Positions 52,064 to 64,000 of a DNA stretch of 64,000 nt are shown here, piece by piece; the first letter of the stretch is position 1, and every line of letters begins with the position of its first letter. The DNA comes from Paramecium tetraurelia (Eukaryota), in the NCBI GenBank assembly GCA_000165425.1, contig CT868230.1, forward strand, positions 434,001 to 498,000, in the 5' to 3' direction. Under the pieces are notes generated by a model. The model had not been told where the DNA came from and did no database searches. It saw nothing but the letters and a program-made list of their open reading frames with translations. The translations under genes and the position numbers were made by a program.

Positions 52064-55000
52064 TCATATTTTCTGCATTTGAATTAAATTGTATTCTAGA
52101 GCTTTAGCAAGACGCTTTAAGGCTTATTATACATTTTTGGATTGAAAAAGAATAAGAAAGTTCATTACTAATTCTTCTGCTTCTTGGAAGGTATATATCT
52201 TTTGTTAAAATAATATTGCTTTGCTATCACTCAAATTAACAATTATTTTTTTAGTAGAAGGGAAAATTTGTAATTAGAGAATCTGAAAACATTTATTTCC
52301 TTTTATGGATTACGTGTAAAGATATCCTTCGTCAAAAAGCATTGTTGAGTTATTTTAATTAGGAATCAACGAATCTTGAGTTTCTAATAGAATTTAAGAG
52401 GCTAATGAAAACTTCCTCTCTTTTTTTAACAAAACAAGGGAAGACAAATTTAGATAATTTTAATCTCTAATTTTTTGGACTAGATAATAACACATATTCT
52501 GAATGTCTGATTAACTTAATCTACTATTCATGTAATTAGTTTTACTTTTGAAAAACCCATCAGCAATGAATAAGTTTAGTAACTCTCTCATATTTAATCT
52601 GATATCCTTGTATTTTAAGTTTTATAAACAATAATATCTCAAATAGATATTAAAATCAGAAGATTGTGAATATGATATTAATTATTAAGGATAAAATACT
52701 TATTGATTTTATTGCGTCTTCTTGATTTATTCAATGAAACATTCCAGATATGCATTACCTAATCTTTCTAATTTAATCTCCTGACTGCAAATGAATTCTA
52801 ACAAGGGATATTATAGAAAACCTATGTTTAGATTAATATCGGTGTCAGGGAAGTTCAATTTTTCAGTGACTTTGATATTGTTTGTTAGAATTAATCTAGT
52901 GTATAATTACGTCACATTAGACTAAACAGTGTAATTGTTTTTGAGAGCACCACTTGATTATTTCTTGAGCAAGTATTCTTTACCAATTATTTTGACCTAA
53001 TTTCGTTTCTTTTAATCAAAAGTCTAAATTAGTCTGTCAATCAAATGAATATAATTATTAATCGATTTGGAATTGTTGAATTTTAACTCAAATACTTGAT
53101 TTAGCAAGAGTTCCCATATTTTTATTTCTATTAATTTATTTTACAATTCAAATTATAAATCATTATTCAACTTTCGAGTAAATTACATAAACTTAATAAC
53201 TTTGTCTGAAAGCTATTAGTTTTGTTTTATCTATGATAACAAGTATCTATTTTTGGTAATCAGGTCATCGCTGACTTTTAAGAAATTGTTTTAATTTTTC
53301 TTGAATGCAAATTAAAATGGATTCTAGATATCAACTGATTGTTTCATAAATTTGATTCGTGTTAAAACCTACTTATCCAATTAAATTGAGTGTTTGAAAT
53401 GAATTCCACATTTTTGAGATTTGACATATACTTCAATATCTTAGTAAGTCTTGTATTCATTATACTCAAGCAAATCAAAGATCAGATTATCTCTGAAGTC
53501 CATTTCTTGAAATTGCAATATGGAAATATGAGTCATTAACCTTCTTCTGCTTTTAGGAAAATAATACATTATTCTAAACATATCAAAAATATTGTGAGCT
53601 TGAATGGTGATTATGATATACTCCATGGTATAGGAATCAAATTCATTATGAAATTGTTAGGGTAATCGAGTTGCTAATTTGACCTTCTTTGAATTCTTCA
53701 ATAGGTAATATTTCATAATGTAATGACCTATGACTCGAAATAGTTTTATTTGGGGTAATAGAAACTATTTACAGACAGTATTCTACTCATCGTGCTTGTA
53801 ATCATTAGTCATACTTCTCTAAGCCTTTAGTCTGTGATTTTCTTCCTCATCATCAAGTTTAGGGATTATGTAGTGGTTCAGATTCTACAAATAAGGCAAT
53901 CTATAAATGTTCTACTTATCAAAGGAAAGGTTATTGATTATCGTTTTACACCAATAATGAACTATTGAAATGTCTAAGTAGCCTTTGATGTCAAATAGCT
54001 TTTCTAAGTCAAATTTGTTGAGTATAATAATATATTTTTTGAGTTTAGACTTAAATTCTTGAATTTCTAATCCAAGAAACAAATCTTCCGAATGAAAAAA
54101 GTAGATCTTTTCATCAGATCTTGTATGAGAATCTTTACATATAAAATAGATTTTGGCATGCACTAAAATTTGAGACCCACTAAAGGTTTGTTTAAATAAA
54201 AACATAAAGCTTAATCTATCTAAATAATTCAACAATTTATCTGAATCATTAATCAACATGAATTTGATTTATTTGTAACTAGGTAATGGGTATTTGTGTT
54301 TTTGGATAAAAAATTATAAATTGTTTGTTAAAAAGCTATTCTTCTTTTAGATTTAATGCATGCACCCAAGCAATTCTTATGAAAGTAAAAATGTAGATAG
54401 ATGTTAACAATTCAATATTTTAAATATTAGATCTATATCTTCAATCTTAATAATAATAGGAGCTTTGAAAAACTTTTGTATTATAATTTTCATACTGTCT
54501 CTATTATTGACGATCTAGTATACGAAATGATTCCTTCTGAATTAACAGTAACTAATCAGTTATAGCTAATTACAATCTACAGGTATACTCTGAGATATGT
54601 GATATTCATACTAATAGTCAACAATGAGTGAGATTTTGGTGTTAGTATTTGTTAATTTGATATCGGCAGTGTTAATTTGTTTAAATTATTTATTGAATTG
54701 CTTAGCATCTTTTGAAGTGAGTGTTGACTTTTTTTATTCTTTGATGATCTATTTGATATCATGATATTCTGTTGGGTATACACTATATTTGTGAACATAC
54801 CCAAGGTTTTTTGAAAAGTTGTAATGATCCAATTGCTCAATGAAATTATATGAAACTGATAAGATGTGTTTGTAAGATGCTTTTAAAATCACTTGTTCCT
54901 TCTTTAAACTAATGCAGAACACAGACTTTAAGGTTTCTTCGACGATTCTGGAATGATATGGTTATTCTAATAGAATGCTTTTGACTAACTTATTGAAATC

Positions 55001-57346
55001 GAAATACTATTCAGAATCATCCACTAGAACACTATTTTTAATAGCCTTGCATAGTTTCAACCATTCATTTACACTCAAAACTAGTTATTTGGTTTGTCTG
55101 TCTTTTTTATCAGCAAATAAATTCTTTGAATATACATCTCTATTATAGCCTGCCTCATCTCTTTCATGAAATGTTACTTTGATTTAAAATTGAAAATATT
55201 CTTAATTAAAAATCAATTGCAATTAATTTCTTTTCTTGCATACATACTCAAATAGATTGATAGTATCAGACAGATTAGTATACATTGACTTATCCGAAAC
55301 ATCCAATAGTAATAATTTTAGATTAACACTGCAATTGATTGTTAAAAATATACTTAATAAGCAATAACTGCCATAAGATATATGATCAGTGTTACTCTCC
55401 ACTTATAGTATATCATTCAACTTCAATGTTGCAGATTAAATGTATATAGATTTCTCTTGCAGTAAATGTATGTCTTTTAACATTTAATCTTGAAAAAAGT
55501 CAGGGTTATTGTGAATAAATCGAAACATCAAGATTTAATTAATATAATCAGTATTCCCACATAGAAACGAGGAATATCTATCAATCAAATTCTCTTCTAC
55601 CTCTCCCAAACTTCTTTTTTGTAGTAGCAATTATTCTTCAAACATCCTAAGCTATAACACAATGTTGTGGACTAAAGGCAAATTAACAATGTATTATTTC
55701 TTTTATCCATATTTATTCACTTCAATAAATTGAGGAAGCAATTCATAAACAGTGCCAAATACCTTTTTGATTTTTACTATCTAAGATTTTTATAGATAAT
55801 CCAGTATTTTCTTAGTTTCTGTGATGCCATGGATATCTAGACTAGTAATTTTCATTCGAGATCTATCAGTTAATCCTTTGATGAAATTCAATTTATAAAC
55901 TTAGGCTGTTGGTAACTACTTTTAATCAAGCAAAGCCAATTGCCCTTTCATATGCAAATAACTAATCAAATAATCTCTGACTGTTGGCCAAACAGTCAAA
56001 CAATTTTCATTGTAATTTATCATTGGATTCTATCCTATTGGCACATCCAAACGATACCGATATTTGTATTTCCCCTCTCCTTTAAAAAACAACACAATAC
56101 AAGATTTGTCCAATGTAATGTCTTTGTAAGAGATTGACCAAACAACCATGTTTTTGTAAAAAATGGATATGTATTTGATGATTGGATAATGGAGCATCTA
56201 AACTCCCTTTAATAAGAATTCATTAGTGTTTTGTCTATTAAAAAATAAACTTTTTTAGGTTGTTAGCGATCCTTTAGTGAGACTTCGAAAAAGCCTTAAA
56301 GACTTTTTATTTTATTTCAATTCATTATTTGTATTTAGCATAGTTCCAGGCTTATTGGATTTAGGAGAATACTGGTTCATAAATTTGATGTCACCCAATC
56401 TTCTGGTTTATGCTTTAACCCTTGTACTGGGAACTCCAATAATCTACTGTCTTCGATATTTGTGGGATTTGCTCTTCTTGCTGAAGACTTTGAGATGAAA
56501 ACAACTCTACAAGAGTCTCACTCTTCTTAAAACATCTTCAGAGAATATTTCACTGGCTTTTAATTATTCTCGATGCTTCTTTGTTTTATTCGCAATTATT
56601 ATTTAATGTATCCCTCCATTAACTAAATCTTAAATTTCTAAAATTTACTCTTTTTCTAAATTGGGAGTCCTTGGAGTATTCTGACTTGATTAATTCTCAT
56701 TTAATCTTTTCTATTCCATATAATTATTGTAATCCAGTATATTTAAATAATTCTTTGCTATTAATTTTGCCAACTTCATAGAATAGGTTTTTGAATGTAT
56801 TTGTATCAAAGTCAATGCATTCACTATGGTAGACAATTAAAACTTGGGTTGTCGTTTGGTTTCAATCTATCTCTATGCTTAGTTATTCTATAATTCCTAG
56901 TTCTTGTTCTTGGCCAATAATTCCCTTTGCAATCTTCTCTCCAGATGCAGCTTCTTTTCTTCATTTTCTTTAAACTTCATTTCCCTCAGTTTTCTGTAAA
57001 TTGAATTATTTCTCAGCTTTTCGAACTCAGCACAAGCCCCAGTCTTCTTCTCCAATTGATCTTAAACCTAATTCCAAATTATTTTATTATCGATTTGTGA
57101 CTGACTTCTCATACTCTACACTCTCAGCTTCCTAATTTCAGATGCAGTACTAAACATATCAAGATTTTATGGTTTAAGAGGTGCAACTATTTGTTAACCT
57201 CGAATAGGAGTTGATTATTAAGACTTAAATTTTTACTGTGCTGATTTAATTACAAACTCTAAATTCTTCAATTGAGTAGGACTATTAGATCTTAACCTAC
57301 TTCTTGTCGTTTGTGATCCAAGATAGGAAGAAAATTAACGATTCAT
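52064..57346 (-). CDS. Very large hypothetical protein (~1700 aa) with coiled-coil N-terminal part
   Basis: ATG at 57346 (MNRQFSSYLGSQTTRSR...), long ciliate-code frames, ending ...QALKRLAKALEYNLIQMQKI-TGA. Not every junction was verified, so it could be more than one gene. Confidence 0.55.
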
Positions 57347-57840
57347 AATACTTTCTGAATATTATTAAATTATATATAAATATGAAACCTTTTTGTTAGG
57401 TAATAGTCTGCAAATCTAATTATATATACAAGATGATTAATATCATTTCAAATACTCTCTAGGTAGGTTTTTCAAATTTATTAAGCATCTCTATCATTAT
57501 ATTATAAAATTCAATTAGAAACACACTCCCCATTTTAGAATCTGGTGATATTTTTATGTTGTAAAGAGTGTTTTTGCAAATAAGTATATTTAATATTCTT
57601 GAAGAGATACAAAAATTTTTGGGTTTCAATTTAGATTGTATTCTATTTAAAAGGATTTTCAAATTGAATCCATAAATTTGTCAACATTCTAAAATATTTT
57701 CTACTCTTTTGGTCAATGACAGAATAGAGAAACCATTTTATTTGAAATATTTTACCTACTATAATACGATTTTGGTGATTAGTTAATAAAATAGAAAGTA
57801 AGATAGAGTTTATATGTACTTATAAATATAATTAAAATAA

Positions 57841-59439
57841 ATGTTATCACCGGAGCATCTTTCTGAGATAGCTACTTTGATTAAGATGACTTGTTATTAT
57901 GAATCGAAAGTATGAGAAGATAATCATATCAGTTAGAAGAATAAAGGATTGCTATGAGCATCACACCCCATTTTCAAGCAAGGACAATTTACAATAAATT
58001 AGCATCAAACCCTCAAGGAATAAATCGAGATGAGATTCAGAATTTATTTAGGTAATTGTCATTCTTATCGCTTATTCAGCAATTTTATGATGAGCATAAA
58101 CGATAAGGAATTAGAGTACATATTTTAGTTGTACTCCAGTGATAACTATTAAATCAATTGGGATGATTTTTATCAATTAATTTGTCCACAAGACACTTCT
58201 CTAGACACTTAGATGCACAAAAATGTTAATCAATAGATTGTATCAGATCTGCTCTTATTATTTTAACGATTATTAAAAATAGAAATAGCATTTTTTAGAT
58301 AGGCAGAACCAATAAGAATGGTTTTGTTTGAAAAACACAAGGAAACTGGTAAGCAATTCTGCACTCTTGTGTAAGATTATAGTCATCAATTGCCTAATTT
58401 TAAGTAATGATAATAGCATAATTTAAGTCTTATAAACTTTATGAAAAAGTAGGAGTATATCTTTAGTAATCAAGATATTCAATTTTTGAAAAAAAGGATT
58501 AAATGCAATGATGTTATCATCTCTTCTCAATAATTTATCAAATATTGCCCATTAATCCCATTTTCAGTCCTCATTAATAAATAGCCCGAATACAAACTAA
58601 TCGAGACCAAGGTTTAAATGATACCAGAGATCTTTAAATAAGAAGATCTCTTTGTTCCACAAATACCCTAGGTCTACATTGATCATCCCCAATAAAAAGA
58701 ATACGAACATTTTACTAATGACTAAGAATAGATTCCCCTTGTTGAGCCAGTGGATCAAGGAGGAATCTCAAATTATGAATTCTTTACAGGAAGAAGACCC
58801 TAAGTGGGCGGTTAGAAATTTGACTATAATAGATACAGTTCTCCTGATCCTAAAGAATCTGAATAGCAAATCGATCAAGATTAAAGGCTACATTCGGGTC
58901 AATCATAAAATTATTTGAGTCCTTACCAAACAATCTTATAAGGTTAAAAGTTCAATTCTCCTTAACCAATTGCGAATTACCAAGATACTACGTAATTGGA
59001 TAAGTATTTAAGACCCTCTGCTTCAAGAAAATAGGAATTCTCTAGAGTTCCCTTTACTCCCTAAACAAACTAAAATGAAATTGGTATTAAGAAATAAGAA
59101 CAGTATGTCCAAAATCAAAATCAAGAAGTATAATAGGTTAAAACTATGCATCTTGCTGATGTACCTTATGATCCTGAAGAGGATTTATTATAATAATATT
59201 TATAACCAGCAACTAAATTAGATTAAACCATCGATAAAATTGGTACTAGTTAAACTAGAAAGTATAAAATATTTGATGAGTAACCTGAAACTTAATAATA
59301 ATTCAATAAGACTTTGTAGAAATCTAAGCAGAATTCACCTTAAATACACTAAGGACCTGCATTTTAATCGCAGCAGATGGAATAACCAAAAAAATCAAAG
59401 AAATATGTATCCCCTTCATTTTCATAAGGTTAACAATGA
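57841..59439 (+). CDS. Hypothetical protein with degenerate EF-hand-like N-terminus and Gln/Pro-rich tail
   Basis: MLSPEHLSEIATLIK...LEEQRIAM...YSSDNYQINWDDFYQLICP; several tiny introns; ends ...SFSQGQQ-TGA. Confidence 0.6.
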
Positions 59440-59465
59440 TCATATTGGATTTTATATAAATTTAT

Positions 59466-62083
59466 TCAATCATATGTGAAAGAATCAGCTTATTTAATTT
59501 ATGGCCTATTTGGTACGAATTCTGTTTCTCGTTTTGGAAAGTATAAGGATTCTGCTTATCTGATATCAGGCTTCTGAGCACTCATTCCTTACTATTTGAA
59601 TAATAAAGATTCTTCTAGATTATTAGGTAGAATTTGATTTTTTCTGATCTCATAATGAGACTTGGATAGAGTGAATTATATATACATTGATTAAATCTTT
59701 TGGTACAAACTTTTTAATAAGCTTGTGTTGGGCCTCTGTCATGTCTTGTTAGTACTTTATTTCTAATTTTTACAAGAATCCTTAGACATTTTTATTTTAT
59801 TCTCCTCCCTATTCCTGAATCCATTATTCAATACATTTTTATTGAGTTACAGGATTTCGTTTTAAATAATCCTTTAATATTCTAATATCTTACATCCCAT
59901 AACTAATTTTTCTGTTGTTCATATGTTTCTGTAGTCTAAGCCTCTTCAAAGTTGAAAAACCACTCGAATATCCAGTCAACAGGAAGTAAGAATTAAAATG
60001 CTGCCACCGCTAACTATGTCCAAACAATTGCATTAATATCCCCTACTACAACCTTTTACCAAATACAATTTCCTGCTGCAAAAAGCAATAAAGTCAATTC
60101 TATATACAAATCTATCATCTCCTCTGCCAATTACTTCCCTAAAGGTGCATTTCTTGATGATCTTTTTAATAATAAATATTTTTCGATCCAATAGTTTACC
60201 AGCAAAAATGCCAAAGCAATTGGTATTCCTATAGGCAATAGTTAAGCATAAAAGAAAGTCAACATTAATGACTTAACTATTGTTGCATATTTTTGAGATA
60301 AGTCACTTTTAGTTCCTTCAAATAGCAGGTTAGCTTCTCTTTGAGTTAGTGTGCATTAACTTCCTAGAGTTTTGGCTCTCTATCTTTTGATTAGTTTCCA
60401 AAAGTAGAATGGGTCTAAAATATTGATTAACCATGGAAATATAGCATTCATAATTAAGATGAGACTCACATCAGAATTGAGTCCGCCACTTTTCCATAAA
60501 CTTATTAATAGTTCCTCATCCTATAGAGTTAGATTAACTAATAATGGTATGATGGCTGTATTAATAAATTAGGACTTAATTAAATAATTAAAATTACCAT
60601 TCCTAACTTATTTGCATAACTAATATTAAAATCAGTTTAAGTGTATGGTTTTTCATATTATACTAGCTTCTTTATTGTGAATGCCATAATTGTATTAAGG
60701 AATGAAATAATAAAGGAAGCTACTAAACCCAAGAAAGTGATGATAAATCCTACTGATTTACTCTCAGATTTTGATCCACTTTTAGCTAAAGAAGTTTAAC
60801 CAATTGAAATTCCGAGGATAGCTGCAAAACATACGCACAATATTAAAAGTGTTGCTAAATTTGTCCAAGTTTAATTAGATATCTATTTCCAAGGTTTTTC
60901 TCCCAGATTTTCCCACATGATGTCGCCTGGTTCAGGTGCCCTTACCACATATGGTGTTTTTCCTTTGAATTTTGTTAATTATCTCTTTTTCCTGAAGCAA
61001 TAATAAAATGAATGAAATAGCAATTAAATTTTTGTTTGATTATGGAACTTTCTGCATTCTTGGGCTTCTTACTGATAATATATCCTCAATAATTACGCTT
61101 GTGTTAAATGTAATAAATGCAACTCCACTTAGTAAGAATTTTTAATCGAATGCCTCAAGAAACCCTTGAATTTCTTTATTTAGTGCAGTTATTTCTTATT
61201 CAAGTATTTCTTTTTGCTATTTGTTCTTCAACTTTCCTGCTTATTCTCTAGGGAAAATGAAGTAAAAAAATACAATGCTATCAAATTACTAATCTAAATT
61301 TCTTTGGCTAACTTATCATTGAGAGTATTAGTGTACTACTAAATGTTCCATCCTAGACAAATACTTTAAATATGTAATTATTTTTCAACTCCCTTCTTTT
61401 CAATTTTACTAAAAAATTCCTTTATTTCTTATTCGGTTGCGTCTAAAGGCAAATTGCTTACTTAAATAGAAAAATCGGAGATGGTAACAACTGAGTTATC
61501 CACTTCTTATGCAGTTAAATTCATCCATCTTCTATAGTAAATCGTAAAACCAATTATGATGATAGTAGAAATTAAATCTAAAACATTAAGACCAACATCA
61601 TATTATCTATTATAGACTTTTAATAATTTACTCTGCCTTGTTGGACAAAGCGTATTTATTGTAATAATTCAAAGAACAAGTATCTGATTACTCTTCACAA
61701 GAGCTACCTTGGACATTAGTCACAGTATTGTATATACCAGATATCAATCTATTCAATTAGATACAAAATACCCCAAGGTTACTAGCAAAACTGCAGCAAA
61801 TTAGATGAACTCAAAATATAATGGAATCCCAGCCCCATTGAAATTAATATCCTATTTATCGCAACACAATGGTAACTGATCGTTTTAGATTGGCATTCCA
61901 CAACAAGCACAAAATTATACTTTTTCATTTTCGGCAACTGCAAATCTAGAGGCTAGCTAATTTCAAAGTCTATTATACTCCATGCTTTTCAGCGAACTAA
62001 AAGTCTGGAGGTCTTTTGAATGCATCGTAGGCTTCCGACTTATCTTGCCTATGTATAGATTTAGTTTTAAGTATATTGAACAT
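59466..62083 (-). CDS. OSCA/TMEM63 (CSC1)-like membrane channel, copy 2
   Basis: CACCG N-terminal motif, TISDFSIQVSNLP, GVAFITF, RAPEPGDIMWENLG, QKYATIVKSLMLTFFY...YWIEKYLLLKR and DYLKRNPVT. Confidence 0.78.
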
Positions 62084-62098
62084 AATATAATTATAAAA

Positions 62099-63351
62099 AT
62101 GTAATGGTAATATAATTAGTATAGTTTCTTTATTTTATTATTATGTTATTCATTTATTAAGGGTTTAGTTGCTCATCATTTCTTGATTTATAGAGTCTAA
62201 CATTATTTATAATTATGAAATAACTTTCTGGAGAAGCATAAATATATTTGCTAACTTATTACCAAAATTAGTTTGTATTCAATTCAATAATAGGTATTTC
62301 GAGAAATTTACTACTTGATTTTATAATATCTACTCAATAATATAATGAATAAAAAATTAGCTAATACATATAACCAAATATCTGATGTTTTTTCCCGAGC
62401 TTAAATAAAAAACGCTGTCGAATCTCTTGACAATTATCATGATAGACTTAAGTTAATTGACTCAATTATCGACAGAAGACAGTAGATCAGATAAGCAAAT
62501 GACTTATCTAAAATTACCAAATATGCTCATATTTTTAGGAAGATGATCCAAAGATTTCGCAATAAAAAAGAAGACTAAGCTGCTAATCAAAGACTGTAAA
62601 TGTAGATGGTCATGAGTATGTTTGCTCCAAAAGGCAAATCATCTTCACCAAGGCATTTTTACAAAAATCTAGAATAAAAAAAGATTGATCCCCATTAATT
62701 GAAAATCAAGGAGATCTCAGAATAAAGGAGAGATGCTGTACAACTCAAAATGAATCAGACTTCCAAGATCTCTAATTTTCATTCTGACAGAAAGCATAAT
62801 AATTAGCTAAGCAATGCAAAGGAAAGTTGTCGATATTCAAGCAGAACTCAACGATTTTTGAGCTCCATTGATGTCGATGACCATTATTAAGAAAAGGAAT
62901 TGTATCTATGGAGCGTAGACGACAAAGAAATTAAATCATTACAAAGTAAGATAAAATAAAGTGTTATTCTTAAAACAAGAATAAACCTTAATCAAAATAC
63001 TAAAGTATGAAATTCAACTTACTTAAGGATAATGAAAATGGCTTAAAATTGTTCTCAAAGTAACATTGCGCTTTATCTCGAAGATAATATAAGCCCCACT
63101 CCTAACCTTAACTATTAGATCTTGGTGATAAAGATTAAGACATATAAAAATACGATCCAATGTAGAATCTCATAAGTCAAGAAGGATCTTACTAATCATA
63201 TTCCGAAAATCGACTGAATTAGCTCTACAAAAAGTCTTTCTAAATTTAAACAAATGCATCCCAAAGTCAGCATAACTTCCAGAGATTAATCAAAACCAAC
63301 AAAGATATCATAGAACTATCAAAGATTAAATTAGGACCTCAAAAGCACTGA
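62099..63351 (+). CDS. Hypothetical protein
   Basis: ATG at 62099, early tiny introns, long open frame ending ...IELSKIKLGPQKH-TGA. Confidence 0.55.
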
Positions 63352-63787
63352 TTAAAGTCTTTAATTTATATATATATATATATTTATGTTAAAAAATACT
63401 TAATTCTGATGGACATAATTATCTTATTTCTTAAGAATGAAAGACTAATGGTAATATTTTTTTTAAATTCTCTAACCTTTTTGAAATCAAGCCTCTTAGA
63501 GAGAAGTGTATAACCACATTCATTATCAATAATTAGAATATTATTCCTGTATTCTATGAAGTAAAATTAATAATTACGTATTCAAATTAAATTTGAATAG
63601 AAGTTCGAATTCTCTTAAATTATATTATTCATTGAAAAATGCCTACAATATCTTGAGGTTGCGCTATAAACTATATTTAATGGCTTTATTATAAAAGATT
63701 GAGCCATAACTAAAGATTATGAAATTTATATAGAGTATAATCAATAAGAATTTATTGTTTTTTCAATATTTTTATCAAAAATTAATA

Positions 63788-64000
63788 ATGAAAAGTGCTA
63801 TTACACTTGTAAGAATCATCACTATTGATATAGCTAAATAAATGGAATTACTCAAAAAGGTAGATGCATAACTTTACGGAAATTTAAGATGGCATAGTGT
63901 TTGCTTAATTATTGGAAGATTAGTAAATATATTGTTCAAAATTTCTAGTCTAGGTATGGATGTTAGAAGAGCACTATGGAACCAAATTATTAGTAATATA
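63788..64000 (+). CDS. 5' part of a gene with a possible calponin-homology N-terminus (runs off the window)
   Basis: MKSAITL|LNKWNYSKRQMHNFTEIQDGIVFAQLLED|YLG..., with two GT-AG introns of 25-26 nt. Confidence 0.45.

Noticed and set aside
1..64000. Prokaryotic-type systems (CRISPR, operons, IS elements), tRNA/rRNA, Tc1/mariner transposons
   Set aside because: The DNA is eukaryotic macronuclear sequence; no repeat-spacer arrays, cloverleafs, rRNA or transposase motifs were seen.

Overview
This window is gene-dense, very AT-rich eukaryotic DNA from a ciliate macronuclear chromosome, almost certainly Paramecium. TAA/TAG are read as Gln, TGA is the only stop, genes are split by tiny ~20-30 nt GT-AG introns, intergenic gaps are often under 40 nt, and a trichocyst matrix protein gene is present. 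The supplied ORF track uses the wrong code, so genes were re-translated by hand and the ends of the hypothetical genes are approximate. About 30 genes were read. Recognisable ones: THOC1, two OSCA/TMEM63-like channels, a MAPK, an MKS1-type B9 protein, dynein p28/DNALI1, a CCDC81-HU/multi-EF-hand protein, a RING protein, VMA21-like, an IP3R-type Ca2+-release channel, ciliate NDUFA7, a CDPK-like pseudokinase, a PDI-like protein, TMP T2, TBC1D19-like, a CNBD K+ channel, a BAH-PHD-TFIIS-M protein, RPL5 and CFAP96. The most interesting items are an Edc1/PNRC2-like decapping-activator motif gene whose ATG is one base out of frame at a TTTAAAA slippery run, a 70-aa CaaX microprotein with PP1-docking motifs, a ~102-nt intron in the BAH-PHD-TFIIS-M gene, a possible GA-AG intron and a TYY activation loop in the MAPK, and divergent gene pairs only 11-17 nt apart. 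No rRNA, tRNA, transposon, telomere or CRISPR was seen.
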